Position numbers and translations under genes: made by a program. A stretch of 61,448 nucleotides of DNA, the filler included, from Anaerolineae bacterium (GTDB lineage: Bacteria > Chloroflexota > Anaerolineae > Epilineales > Epilineaceae), in the NCBI GenBank assembly GCA_029262755.1. It is 5 parts of 5 records of this genome, joined end to end, with 100 filler letters (N's around TTAATTAATTAA, not from the genome) between each part and the next. Parts side by side here need not be neighbours in the genome. Positions count along the whole stretch, not along the records: positions 1 to 18,742 come from JAJCYU010000135.1; 4 more parts are not named here. One strand, given 5' to 3'. The notes beneath the pieces were generated by a model. The model saw nothing but the letters and a program-made list of their open reading frames with translations. It was not told the origin of the DNA and did no database searches. Shown piece after piece: positions 1-8,665 of this stretch (position 1 is the first letter of the stretch; each line of letters starts with the position of its first letter).

Positions 1-103
1 CGAGGTCGCTGCAGGTCGCGGACGTGGCAAGAGTCCACGCAATAGCGACGGCGAGAGCACGAGTACTGACGTCGATACGGGACCGCGTCCGGACGCCGCG
101 GGA

Positions 104-2344
104 TTGGCTACGAGGGGCGATCGCGATGCGGACGGTGAGCGAGAAGCCGCAGCTGATGCGGACGCGAGCGCCGCGATGATATGGGAAGGCGCGGCGGCTC
201 CGCTCCCCAATCCTCCTACCAAGCCGCCCCCTGATTCGGCCACCGCTGAGCCCTCCCGCCCACGCTCCTTTTTCCACGGAGCGCTCGACGCCTCCATCGT
301 CGCGTTCGCGCTCCTCTTACGCCTTTACCGCGCCGACGCGCAGAGTCTGTGGTACGACGAGGGCACCTCCGCCGCGCTGGCAGGACGCTCCGCGGCCGAG
401 ATCCTCGTCGCCGCCGCGAACGACGCCCACCCGCCGCTCTACTACCTGCTCCTTGCCGGCTGGAGCCGTCTCTTCGGCGATGGCGTCGTCGCCCTGCGCA
501 GCCTCTCTGCTGTCTTCGGCGCGCTGACGGTCCTGGGCGTGATGCTCGTCGCCCGCCGCGCGGCCCCGCGCCACCCGGCCATTGCATGGATGGCCGGTCT
601 GCTCACCGCCACCTCGCCCTTCCTGGTCTGGTACGGCCAGGAAGTGCGGATGTACGCCCTCGCCGCGGCCCTCGGCACCCTGTTGCTGGCCCTGACGCTC
701 CACGCGTTGATGGTGGACGATGGGGCGGACGACGGGGATGGGGAGGGCAACGCTCGCCCCGACGCATCCCCGCCGAGCACGACGCCCGTCGCTCTATGGC
801 TCGCCGTCACAGCCTCTACGACCGCCGCGCTCTACACGCACTACGTCTCCGGCGCATCGGCCGTCCTCGCCGCGAACCTCATCGCCGCGGGCCTGCTCCT
901 CGGGCGCCGGCGCCGCTCCGGGCAATGGCCGTGGCGCGCTGCTCTCGCCTGGTCCGCCACCCAGATCGTGTCGATCGCCCTCTTTCTGCCCTGGCTGGCC
1001 GCCGCCTGGCCCACGCTCTCCACGTGGCCCGCGGTAGGCGAGGGGATGTCGGCTTACGACATATTCGACGCGACGTATCGCACGTACCACCATGGGACGC
1101 GGAGCGCGGAAGGGCTACCCAACTGGTTCACATTGCTCACCTTCACGATTGGGATCGGTTTTGGCCGCCTCTTTTACTCGCGATCTTTCCGCCGCTTGCT
1201 CTACATCGCGCTAACGTGGACGTACGCACCGGCGTTGCTGATCAGCGTCCTGGGACTGCGGAACCCGACGTGGAAGCCCAAATTCGTGCTCGTGGGCGCA
1301 CCCGGTTTCGAACTCGTTCTCGCGCTGGGCATCGTCGGGTTCGCGGTATTGGCAATCGTTCCGTTCCGAGCAGGCTACAAACGTTGGGGCGTCCTGTTGG
1401 CCTTGATATTCGGCGCGATCATCTACCGCGATATCGTCGTCACGCGCACGGGATACCTCCGCGCCAACTACTTCGACCCGGCATACCAGCGCGACGACTA
1501 CCGCGGCGCGATCGAAGAGATCGCCGCCCTCGCGGGCCCGGACGACGCCGTGTTGCTGGTCGCGCCGACCCAGGTCGAGCTATTCGACTTCTACGCCCCG
1601 GAAGGGCTCACGCGCATCCCGTTGCCGCTCGAACGGCCACCCACGCTTGTCGACGTCCACGCGCAGCTTGGCGTGATCGCCGACACGCACCCCAACCTCC
1701 ACGCCCTGTTCTACGCCGAACAGGAGGCCGATCCGGGCGGGATCATCGAGGGGTGGCTCGATTCCTACCTGGCGCAGGCAACCGAACGATGGCGCGGCGA
1801 CGTCCGTCAAGCGATGTGGACGTCGTGCGGACTCGGCCCTCTCGAGCAACCGCCGGCATCCGAGCAAGCGCCACCCGTCATCGTGGAATTCGGGGAACAG
1901 ATTGGGATTGGCAACGTACGTCCCATCGCGACGAGCGCGCAACCCGGCGACACCGTTTGTCTCGCGTGGACGTGGATTCCGCTCGGGTGGCAGCGTAGCG
2001 ACGTACACGTCTTCTGGCAGCTAATCGATGACACCGGCCGCGTGGTCGCCCAGCGACCCGACATGGCGCCACGGAACGGCCGCGTTCGAACCAGCGGGTG
2101 GGGCATCCCGCACCCCATTGGCAGCTTCGACGTTCGCCCTCTGCGTGACCGCATGGCCCTCTTGCTTCCGGTCGACCTGACGCCCGGCACGTACCACCCA
2201 ATCGTGGGTCTCTACGATCCGGATAGCGGCGACCGTCTCGCGATCAGCGGTCCGTCCGGCACGTCCACCCTCTCGCTCGATGCCCCCTTCCAGATTGGTG
2301 CGCCGCCGGACCACCTGCGCTTGCCCGACCTCGAGGTGCGCTAG
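104..2344 (+). CDS. GT39/PMT-like (GT-C fold) membrane glycosyltransferase
   Basis: SLWYDE and DAHPPLYY motifs, QEVRMYAL and YTHY, many TM helices, C-terminal 'G-Y-x3-VGLYD..G.RL' soluble domain. Start is uncertain: the frame is open from position 2, and ATG 176 is an alternative. Confidence 0.85.
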   Translation: MATRGDRDADGEREAAADADASAAMIWEGAAAPLPNPPTKPPPDSATAEPSRPRSFFHGALDASIVAFALLLRLYRADAQSLWYDEGTSAALAGRSAAEILVAAANDAHPPLYYLLLAGWSRLFGDGVVALRSLSAVFGALTVLGVMLVARRAAPRHPAIAWMAGLLTATSPFLVWYGQEVRMYALAAALGTLLLALTLHALMVDDGADDGDGEGNARPDASPPSTTPVALWLAVTASTTAALYTHYVSGASAVLAANLIAAGLLLGRRRRSGQWPWRAALAWSATQIVSIALFLPWLAAAWPTLSTWPAVGEGMSAYDIFDATYRTYHHGTRSAEGLPNWFTLLTFTIGIGFGRLFYSRSFRRLLYIALTWTYAPALLISVLGLRNPTWKPKFVLVGAPGFELVLALGIVGFAVLAIVPFRAGYKRWGVLLALIFGAIIYRDIVVTRTGYLRANYFDPAYQRDDYRGAIEEIAALAGPDDAVLLVAPTQVELFDFYAPEGLTRIPLPLERPPTLVDVHAQLGVIADTHPNLHALFYAEQEADPGGIIEGWLDSYLAQATERWRGDVRQAMWTSCGLGPLEQPPASEQAPPVIVEFGEQIGIGNVRPIATSAQPGDTVCLAWTWIPLGWQRSDVHVFWQLIDDTGRVVAQRPDMAPRNGRVRTSGWGIPHPIGSFDVRPLRDRMALLLPVDLTPGTYHPIVGLYDPDSGDRLAISGPSGTSTLSLDAPFQIGAPPDHLRLPDLEVR

Positions 2345-2472
2345 GCGTCGCGACCGGTCGTTGCGCCGTGACGACCATGGCCGCGACCCACACTCAGCGT
2401 CAACGCAGGTGACCTCGCGCGGCTGCCGTTCCATGGGTAGCCTGTAGCGATGCGCCCTAGGAGGCCAGCCCG

Positions 2473-3819
2473 ATGCGCTCGAAGCCCGTTGCCCCCGCTC
2501 AGCCCGTTCGGTCTCTACAACCCGGTCGACCTAAACCCGCCGCTCGACCAACGCAGCCCGATGGTCCATCGAGTCCACCGCGGCCCGTTCGACCCGCCGC
2601 GCCCCAACCCGACCGGTCGCCGATCGCACCTGCCCGCGATCCCCACCGGCCTCCGCGCCCGTTGCTCGGCGGCCCGGCCTCCGCCCTGCTCATCACGTTG
2701 ATCGCAGGCGTGACCGGTCTCGGACTCGGCCTGTTCTCCGGCCGCCCCATCCTCGCCGCCACCGGCTGCGATGATCCCCACCCAGCGTGGCTCGCCTGCG
2801 AGGATTTCGAGGCGGGCGATCTCGGCTGGGGAGAGTGGTTCGCACAGTCGCCGTGGGTGCAGTGCGACGGCTGCCGGGACGGGGACGAGAATCCGGATCG
2901 CATCCTCTTGGTGGACGATCCCGAGCAGGCGCATTCGGGCCGCTGGTCGCTGCACATGCCGGCCGCCGAGGCCGCAGGGTACCGGGGAGGCTCCCTCACG
3001 TGGCGCGATTGCGTCGGCGAGAAGCGCCCAGGCTGCCAACTGAACGGCCACGAAGAACTCTACTTCCGCACCCAGGTCCGGCTCGCACCCGACCACGAAT
3101 ACGTTCATCACTTCCTGGCGGTCGCCGGCACGCGACCCAACGCCTATTGGGAATCGGACGGCAACGCGGGCTGCCGGCCCGACGGCACACGCTGGGCGGG
3201 CACCACCCTTGATTTCAACGCACGCCGCGAACTCTTCTTCTACACCTACTTCCCCGACATGCGCTGCGACAGCGGCGGCTACTGCTCCGGTGAGACCGCG
3301 CGGCAGATCTGCGAAGGCTGCGCCGCGAAGAACATGCCCTGTCGCAACCGCCAAGAGTGCTGCTGGGGCAACCACTTCTCCTCCGACCCGCCCATCCTCC
3401 TACCCCGCGACGAGTGGGTCTGCCTCGAGATCCACATGCGCCTCAACACCCCCGGCGTCGCCGACGGCGTCATGGAGTACTGGATCAACGGCGCGCTCGG
3501 CCACCGCCAAGAGGGCATGCTCTGGCGCCACACCGCCGAGCTCCAACTCAACAAGGCCTGGCTCATGCACTACATCGCCGGGGGCGACGCGGACCAAAGC
3601 AACCGCGTCTGGTTCGACGACGTGGTGGTCAGCACGGAGCGCATCGGCTGCGGGGATGAGGCGGAGCCGACGGAGCCGCCTCCTCTCTCGACCGCGACCG
3701 CTACGGCGACGGGGCCGGAGCCGACGGCCGTTCCGGAGCCGAGCGCTACGGCGACGGCAGTGGCGGCGACCGCGGAGCCGGCGATGCCGCTCGCGCTGCC
3801 GTGGCTGGAGCGGAGGTAG
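2473..3819 (+). CDS. Secreted Cys-rich beta-jelly-roll (polysaccharide-lyase/ConA-like) protein with Pro/Thr linker and C-terminal LPxxxR motif
   Basis: AGGAGG RBS; hydrophobic signal segment; 'EWVCLEIHMRLNTPG..DG.MEYWING' and 'VWFDDVVVSTERIGC' motifs; TATATAT linker; ends LALPWLERR. Confidence 0.65.
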   Translation: MRSKPVAPAQPVRSLQPGRPKPAARPTQPDGPSSPPRPVRPAAPQPDRSPIAPARDPHRPPRPLLGGPASALLITLIAGVTGLGLGLFSGRPILAATGCDDPHPAWLACEDFEAGDLGWGEWFAQSPWVQCDGCRDGDENPDRILLVDDPEQAHSGRWSLHMPAAEAAGYRGGSLTWRDCVGEKRPGCQLNGHEELYFRTQVRLAPDHEYVHHFLAVAGTRPNAYWESDGNAGCRPDGTRWAGTTLDFNARRELFFYTYFPDMRCDSGGYCSGETARQICEGCAAKNMPCRNRQECCWGNHFSSDPPILLPRDEWVCLEIHMRLNTPGVADGVMEYWINGALGHRQEGMLWRHTAELQLNKAWLMHYIAGGDADQSNRVWFDDVVVSTERIGCGDEAEPTEPPPLSTATATATGPEPTAVPEPSATATAVAATAEPAMPLALPWLERR

Positions 3820-3988
3820 GGGCGGTGAGTTCCAGCAGGTCTTTCGGCGGGCAATGTGGGCACCGATACCCCATGTCTGGGGTAGGATTCTCGTCGCATC
3901 CGTCGATCAAGAGTCCAAGGGCGGTCGTCGAGACGCAATCTTCAGACCTCCAACCGCGGTTCCCCCAACTCGCTTGTCCGCGCCCCTG

Positions 3989-4402
3989 CTACGCCCCGGC
4001 TTCCTGCCGGACCAGCTCGTCGTACGACGCGACCACGACCAGCCCCTTCACGGCGGCCGCCAACTCCCCGTCGAGCGTGACAAAGGCGTCTGCTTGGAGC
4101 CGGGTCAGGGCGATGTACTCGGCGTCCAACGTATCGGGCCACCCGAGTTCGGCGGCGAGTTGCCAGGCGACGTTCTGCAGGACGCGATCGCCGAGCAAGC
4201 GCAGTCGCAGTCCGCGAACATACGCGAGATGTCCGTCGGCTTCCTTCTTCGTCATCGCCCCGGCCTGCACCGAGCGGTAGAGCAACGCGAGCAGCTGCGA
4301 GCGTAGGAGCGTCGGCGCGAGGAGCACGTGCCCTTCGGCGATCTGCGCCTCGCGCTGCGCCAATTGCAGAGCTACGTCGGGTCCGATCACGTATCGCGTC
4401 AT
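3989..4402 (-). CDS. PIN-domain (VapC-like) protein
   Basis: 137 aa with 'LLAPTLLRSQ', 'DTLDAEYIAL' and 'AFVTLDGEL' PIN motifs. The first catalytic Asp position appears to be Gly. Confidence 0.75.
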   Translation of the reverse strand: MTRYVIGPDVALQLAQREAQIAEGHVLLAPTLLRSQLLALLYRSVQAGAMTKKEADGHLAYVRGLRLRLLGDRVLQNVAWQLAAELGWPDTLDAEYIALTRLQADAFVTLDGELAAAVKGLVVVASYDELVRQEAGA

Positions 4403-5247
4403 TCGACGCTTGCCTCCCGCATCGTGAAGCCGATCGCCCGCAGCGGGTTGGGGTTGCCATAAGCCTGCAGCTGCAGAAGTTGGCCGCGGACGATCGTCAG
4501 CACGATGCCGGTGTCCTCGGTCATCGAAGCGCTCCCGCGCAGCCAGATCGCCGGCTCGCCGGACTGCAGTGTGAGGGGCTCGTCCTCCGTGATCGTCGCC
4601 AGTTCGTCGCGAATCTGCGCGGCGCGGGCCTCGAGGTCCAAGGGGAAACCCTCGAGCACGACGACGTCGATCTTGGTGATCGTCGGCGGCACCCCGTCGG
4701 TGCCGGGCTGCGTGGGATCGTGCTCGCTGCGCAAGATCGCGATGGTTTCGGACTCGTCGACGTGCCAGCCGGTCGGGAAATCAAAGGCGTAGCCCCACGC
4801 CGTGCTCGTATGCGTCTCGGTCAACGACAGCTTCGCCTCTCCGGGCGACCGGGGGGTGACCTCCGCCGTGGCGGCGGCCGCCGGCGCCGGTGGCTCCTCC
4901 GTCGGCGAGATGGGTTCCGCTCTTGGTGCGACCGGCTCCGCCGTGGCATTCGAAACGACCGTCGCGGGCCGGTCGGCAGCGTTCAAGTCGTCCGCGACGT
5001 CCGCGGCTGCATCCGGGGTTGGGTCGGACGCCGCGGTGCACGCCGTGAGGGCGACAGCGGCGAAGCCGGCGACCAGGACGACGGCCAGGGTCGCGCCGTG
5101 GATCGACGAGACCGGCCGGAGCACGCTGTGGATCGACGCGGCGGAGCGGCGCGTGGCGGGGCGGATCACGGCGGCGCTGTGGAATCGGGCTGCATTGCAG
5201 ATCGAGCGGAACGAACGCTTCACAGGGTGTTCTCGAACCTCGCGCAA
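4399..5247 (-). CDS. Putative lipoprotein with PsbP-like domain
   Basis: Hydrophobic stretch followed by lipobox LTAC, an Ala/Pro linker, and 'WGYAFDFPTGWHV'. True start is probably downstream of 5247. Confidence 0.6.
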   Translation of the reverse strand: MREVREHPVKRSFRSICNAARFHSAAVIRPATRRSAASIHSVLRPVSSIHGATLAVVLVAGFAAVALTACTAASDPTPDAAADVADDLNAADRPATVVSNATAEPVAPRAEPISPTEEPPAPAAAATAEVTPRSPGEAKLSLTETHTSTAWGYAFDFPTGWHVDESETIAILRSEHDPTQPGTDGVPPTITKIDVVVLEGFPLDLEARAAQIRDELATITEDEPLTLQSGEPAIWLRGSASMTEDTGIVLTIVRGQLLQLQAYGNPNPLRAIGFTMREASVE

Positions 5248-5496
5248 GAGCGCCGCAATGGCGCGGCAGGATCACGATCGGGCTTTAACGACGGCGATAT
5301 TCTCGACCTCGTCCAACCGCCGGTCAAGATCGCCGACACGAGCGTTTCCGTGCGCTTTCCGGTGCGCTGCCAAGAACAAGAGTGCTCCGTGCCGTCCCTC
5401 CCGCGCCGGGGCTTTGGGCTCGTCATGGAATCGCCTGGATGGTGCGGGGCAAGCAAGGTTGCATTCCACCCCAGTCCGCGCCACCCAAAGCGACGC

Positions 5497-8400
5497 CTAG
5501 CGCACTTCCAACAAGCCCAACGACACGCAGTCCGGCGTGCATTGGTTGCCGGATGAACGCGTCGTGGGCGTCTCGCGTTCGCCAGTCTCGCGGTCATATA
5601 GGCCGACCTGCAAGACGTAGTATCCCGGCTTCATGTCCGGTGGGATCTGGACGATGTGGCGGTCGAAGCCCCACGTGCCGGACGATGGCGGGCCGTCACC
5701 GGTCGCTCCGACGCGTGTTGCGGCGGGGATCGAGCTGCTTTCGACCAGGTGCACGAATACGGTCGCGCGCTCGTCCTGCGGCTCAAGCGGGCCCGTCGGG
5801 CTCCATCCGAGATCGACCGTCAGCGTGCCGCCGCGTTCCAGCTCGTAGGGCCAAACCGCGACGGTCGACAGGCTCGCCGAGGGCCACGCGACGCGCGGAT
5901 CCCGCTGCGCCGTAATAATCGGCTGCGCACGGTCTACAAGGAACGGACGGTGGAGGCGGATGACGCGGCCGCCGTCTTCCTCCCACGCCGCCGCGCGCAG
6001 ATCGAGGAGGCCACCGGGCGTGCGCTCGTTGAGCGTGATCCGCCGCCGGATCATGCGCCCGCCGTCGCCCAGCACGCGGACGGCTTCGCTGCCCGCGACA
6101 CGCCCGTACTCGGTATCGACGAGGCTCGCCTCGCCGACGATCTCGGCCTCCGTCGGCCGAAGGAAGAAGGCCGTCTCGATGCCCATGCCCGCGGCGCCGC
6201 GCGCCGGAGGGCGCAGCGCGATCGGATGCGCGAGCTCCACGCCCTCGCCGTGGAGGTCACGCGTCATGTGCGGCCAGCGCTCGGAGACCGACGTGACCAC
6301 GGGCGCGCGTCCGTCCCGCGCAAACAAGTGCAGCGCGTCGGGGCCGTAGCCCTCGCTCCACACCCGCGGCATGTGCTCTTCCAACCAGGCCTCGACCTCG
6401 CCGCCGGGGTCCTGGTGGTGCGACTCGACGCTGGCCAGCCAAAGGCGGTCGTGGTTCGCGGCTAGTGCTTCCAGTTGCTCGCGCCAGTCCGGATGTTCTG
6501 CGAGCGAACCGCCGCCGCGGCCAGGCAAGGGAACGAACGGCGGGCGCCAGTCGCGATCGGACGGAGGCATCGACGATCGAGCGCCCTCGGGCTCAGCGCG
6601 CCTAGTCTCCTCATCCGGAGACTCCTCACGCCTAAACTCGTCGCGCCCCGACTCCGCGCGCTCGAACACGTACGGCTCGTCCGGGATGCCGCGCCACGTT
6701 GCCCATTCACGCTCATACGCATAGAGGAAGAGGGGATAGCGGTCGCCGCTGACCAGGAGCACGGCATCGTTCTCCTCGGCCTGGCTCCAGATCGCAACGG
6801 CCATGGCCGCAAGCTCGGTGGTCTCCTGCTTCGCGGCATAGTATGGGCGAAGCTGACCGCCCATGATCGCCAGGAGCGGCACGGCCAACGCCACACCGCG
6901 CCATCGCCCGGCCGCCGCGAGCAGCCACGCGAGCCCGGCGTACACGGGTAGCGTGAAGGGCACGAAGTAGCGCGCCTCAAGCCGCGGCGAGTAGAACAGG
7001 TCCCGCGGCTGCGTGATCGCCCACGCCACGAGCGGCGCTCCGATCGCAATCGCGACGAGGATCGCGACGCCGACGGAGGCCATACCGGGGGCGGGCCGCG
7101 ATCGCCGGTCGTCCCAGCCGTCCGACACCGCGGTCGGCAACTGTCGGTCCTCCTCTGCCGATGCCCTGCTCGTGACCGTAGTGCGCTCTCCCGTGCGATC
7201 TCTCGTGCGATCGACTTCGACGTCGACGTCGCCGCCGAGATCGCTATGGCCTTCGACATCGCCCGTCTCACCCTCCGGAGCCACCGCCACGAAGATCAAC
7301 GCGATGACGGCGATCAAGACGATGGTGAAGGCGAAGGCCACCGTCGTGCTGGCGCCGATATCCGTCGACTTGCCGGTGGCCAACAGCATCGTCCATAGGC
7401 CCCATACGAAGCTGAAGCCCGGCCCTTCGTCGACGATCCGCCACGAAGGCGTGCGCCCCGCCGCGTACATCGCCCACGGAACGAAGCTCGCGACGGCGGC
7501 GAGCTGCGCGAGCGCCCACCGCACGGCATCGGCGCGAGAGAGGGAGCGCGGAGTAGCAGCGAAACGCGGGAACTGGCGCGACGAGGATCTCGCGGCCTCT
7601 CGATCCAGTCGCTCGACCCGGCCCGATGCCGACGCCGCTCGAGTCCGGGCACGCCGGGACCAGATCACGGGCGCCACGATCGCCGCCAACACCGGCAGAT
7701 TCATCAGCCCCAAGGCCACGCCGGCCAGATAGACCGTATGCAGCACGGCGCTCGCGGCTACCACGTACACGACGAGCCACCGGATCGGGCGCGGCGCGGA
7801 GGCGTCATCCCGGTGCGCGTCGCGATCCCGGTGGGCGTCGTGATTCCGGTGGGCGTCGCGATCCCCGTTCGCGTCGCGATCCACGTTGGTGTCGCGATCC
7901 CCGTTCGCGTCGCGATCCGCGTGCACGTGGCGATCCCCGTTCACCGCGCGACCACCCCGCCCGTCGCGCCCACGGCCCACGCCACGCTCGCGTGCTGCCG
8001 AGCGAGCGCGCCCGTCGTCGCCCAACCATCGCACTAGCGCGTACAGCGCGACGACGACGCCGAGCGCCGCGAGCATGTACATCCGCAGCTCGCCGGACCA
8101 CCAGACGGCGAAGCGCGCGACGCCGGCGATTGCGAGCGCCAGCAAGCCGGCGCGGCGGCCGCCCAGGCGCCACGCGATGACGCCCGTCACGGCCACGGCC
8201 AGCAGGCCGGTCATCGCCACGACCAGGCGCAGCGCGAAGGCCGTTTCGCCCGCGACCAGGCGCCAGGCCCAAAGCTGCCAGAAGAACAAGGGCGGATGTA
8301 CGTCGCCCGCCGTCCATGCGGTCGCGGCGCGCGATCCCTGTCGCACGGCCCAAACCGCGAGGCCCTCGTCCCACCAGATGTCCGCGTCCCCGAGGCGATA

Positions 8401-8574
8401 CACGCGCAGGACCCACGCGACGAGGATGAGGCCGGCGGCGGGGAGACGCGCGCTCATGCGCGAGAGCACGGCCGCGCGACGTGCGCGCAATGCGACGTCG
8501 GGCGCGGGCGGCGTCGGGACGGGCGGCGTCGGGACGGGCGGCGTCGATCGCGAATCGACGCGCATCGTGCTCAT
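5497..8574 (-). CDS. GT39/PMT-like membrane glycosyltransferase with low-complexity loop insertions
   Basis: DIWWDE, DVHPPLFF and ELRMYMLA motifs, multiple TMs, C-terminal 'PGYYVLQVGLYDRETGER'. Confidence 0.85.
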   Translation of the reverse strand: MSTMRVDSRSTPPVPTPPVPTPPAPDVALRARRAAVLSRMSARLPAAGLILVAWVLRVYRLGDADIWWDEGLAVWAVRQGSRAATAWTAGDVHPPLFFWQLWAWRLVAGETAFALRLVVAMTGLLAVAVTGVIAWRLGGRRAGLLALAIAGVARFAVWWSGELRMYMLAALGVVVALYALVRWLGDDGRARSAARERGVGRGRDGRGGRAVNGDRHVHADRDANGDRDTNVDRDANGDRDAHRNHDAHRDRDAHRDDASAPRPIRWLVVYVVAASAVLHTVYLAGVALGLMNLPVLAAIVAPVIWSRRARTRAASASGRVERLDREAARSSSRQFPRFAATPRSLSRADAVRWALAQLAAVASFVPWAMYAAGRTPSWRIVDEGPGFSFVWGLWTMLLATGKSTDIGASTTVAFAFTIVLIAVIALIFVAVAPEGETGDVEGHSDLGGDVDVEVDRTRDRTGERTTVTSRASAEEDRQLPTAVSDGWDDRRSRPAPGMASVGVAILVAIAIGAPLVAWAITQPRDLFYSPRLEARYFVPFTLPVYAGLAWLLAAAGRWRGVALAVPLLAIMGGQLRPYYAAKQETTELAAMAVAIWSQAEENDAVLLVSGDRYPLFLYAYEREWATWRGIPDEPYVFERAESGRDEFRREESPDEETRRAEPEGARSSMPPSDRDWRPPFVPLPGRGGGSLAEHPDWREQLEALAANHDRLWLASVESHHQDPGGEVEAWLEEHMPRVWSEGYGPDALHLFARDGRAPVVTSVSERWPHMTRDLHGEGVELAHPIALRPPARGAAGMGIETAFFLRPTEAEIVGEASLVDTEYGRVAGSEAVRVLGDGGRMIRRRITLNERTPGGLLDLRAAAWEEDGGRVIRLHRPFLVDRAQPIITAQRDPRVAWPSASLSTVAVWPYELERGGTLTVDLGWSPTGPLEPQDERATVFVHLVESSSIPAATRVGATGDGPPSSGTWGFDRHIVQIPPDMKPGYYVLQVGLYDRETGERETPTTRSSGNQCTPDCVSLGLLEVR
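7817..7942. repeat. 7 x 18-bp imperfect in-frame tandem repeat (DRDANG/DRDAHR)
   Basis: Units such as GCGTCGCGATCCCCGTTC repeat with period 18. Confidence 0.9.
8506..8546. repeat. About 2.7 x 15-bp tandem repeat (TPPVP)
   Basis: GGGCGGCGTCGGGAC is repeated at the N-terminus of the GT39 gene. Confidence 0.85.
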
Positions 8575-8665
8575 CCGCGTCGCCCGCCGCGTAGATTGCG
8601 ACGCCGCACGCTCGCTTCGCGACGCTGCACCCTCACTTCGCCGCGTGGGTTGCGACGCTGCGCGC

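Noticed and set aside
2450..2701. 83-aa overlapping ORF with a -10-like box upstream
   Set aside because: The 2473 start has a strong AGGAGG RBS and the 2450 product has no recognisable features.
2473..3819. CxxC motifs as possible heme-c sites
   Set aside because: No CxxCH is present.
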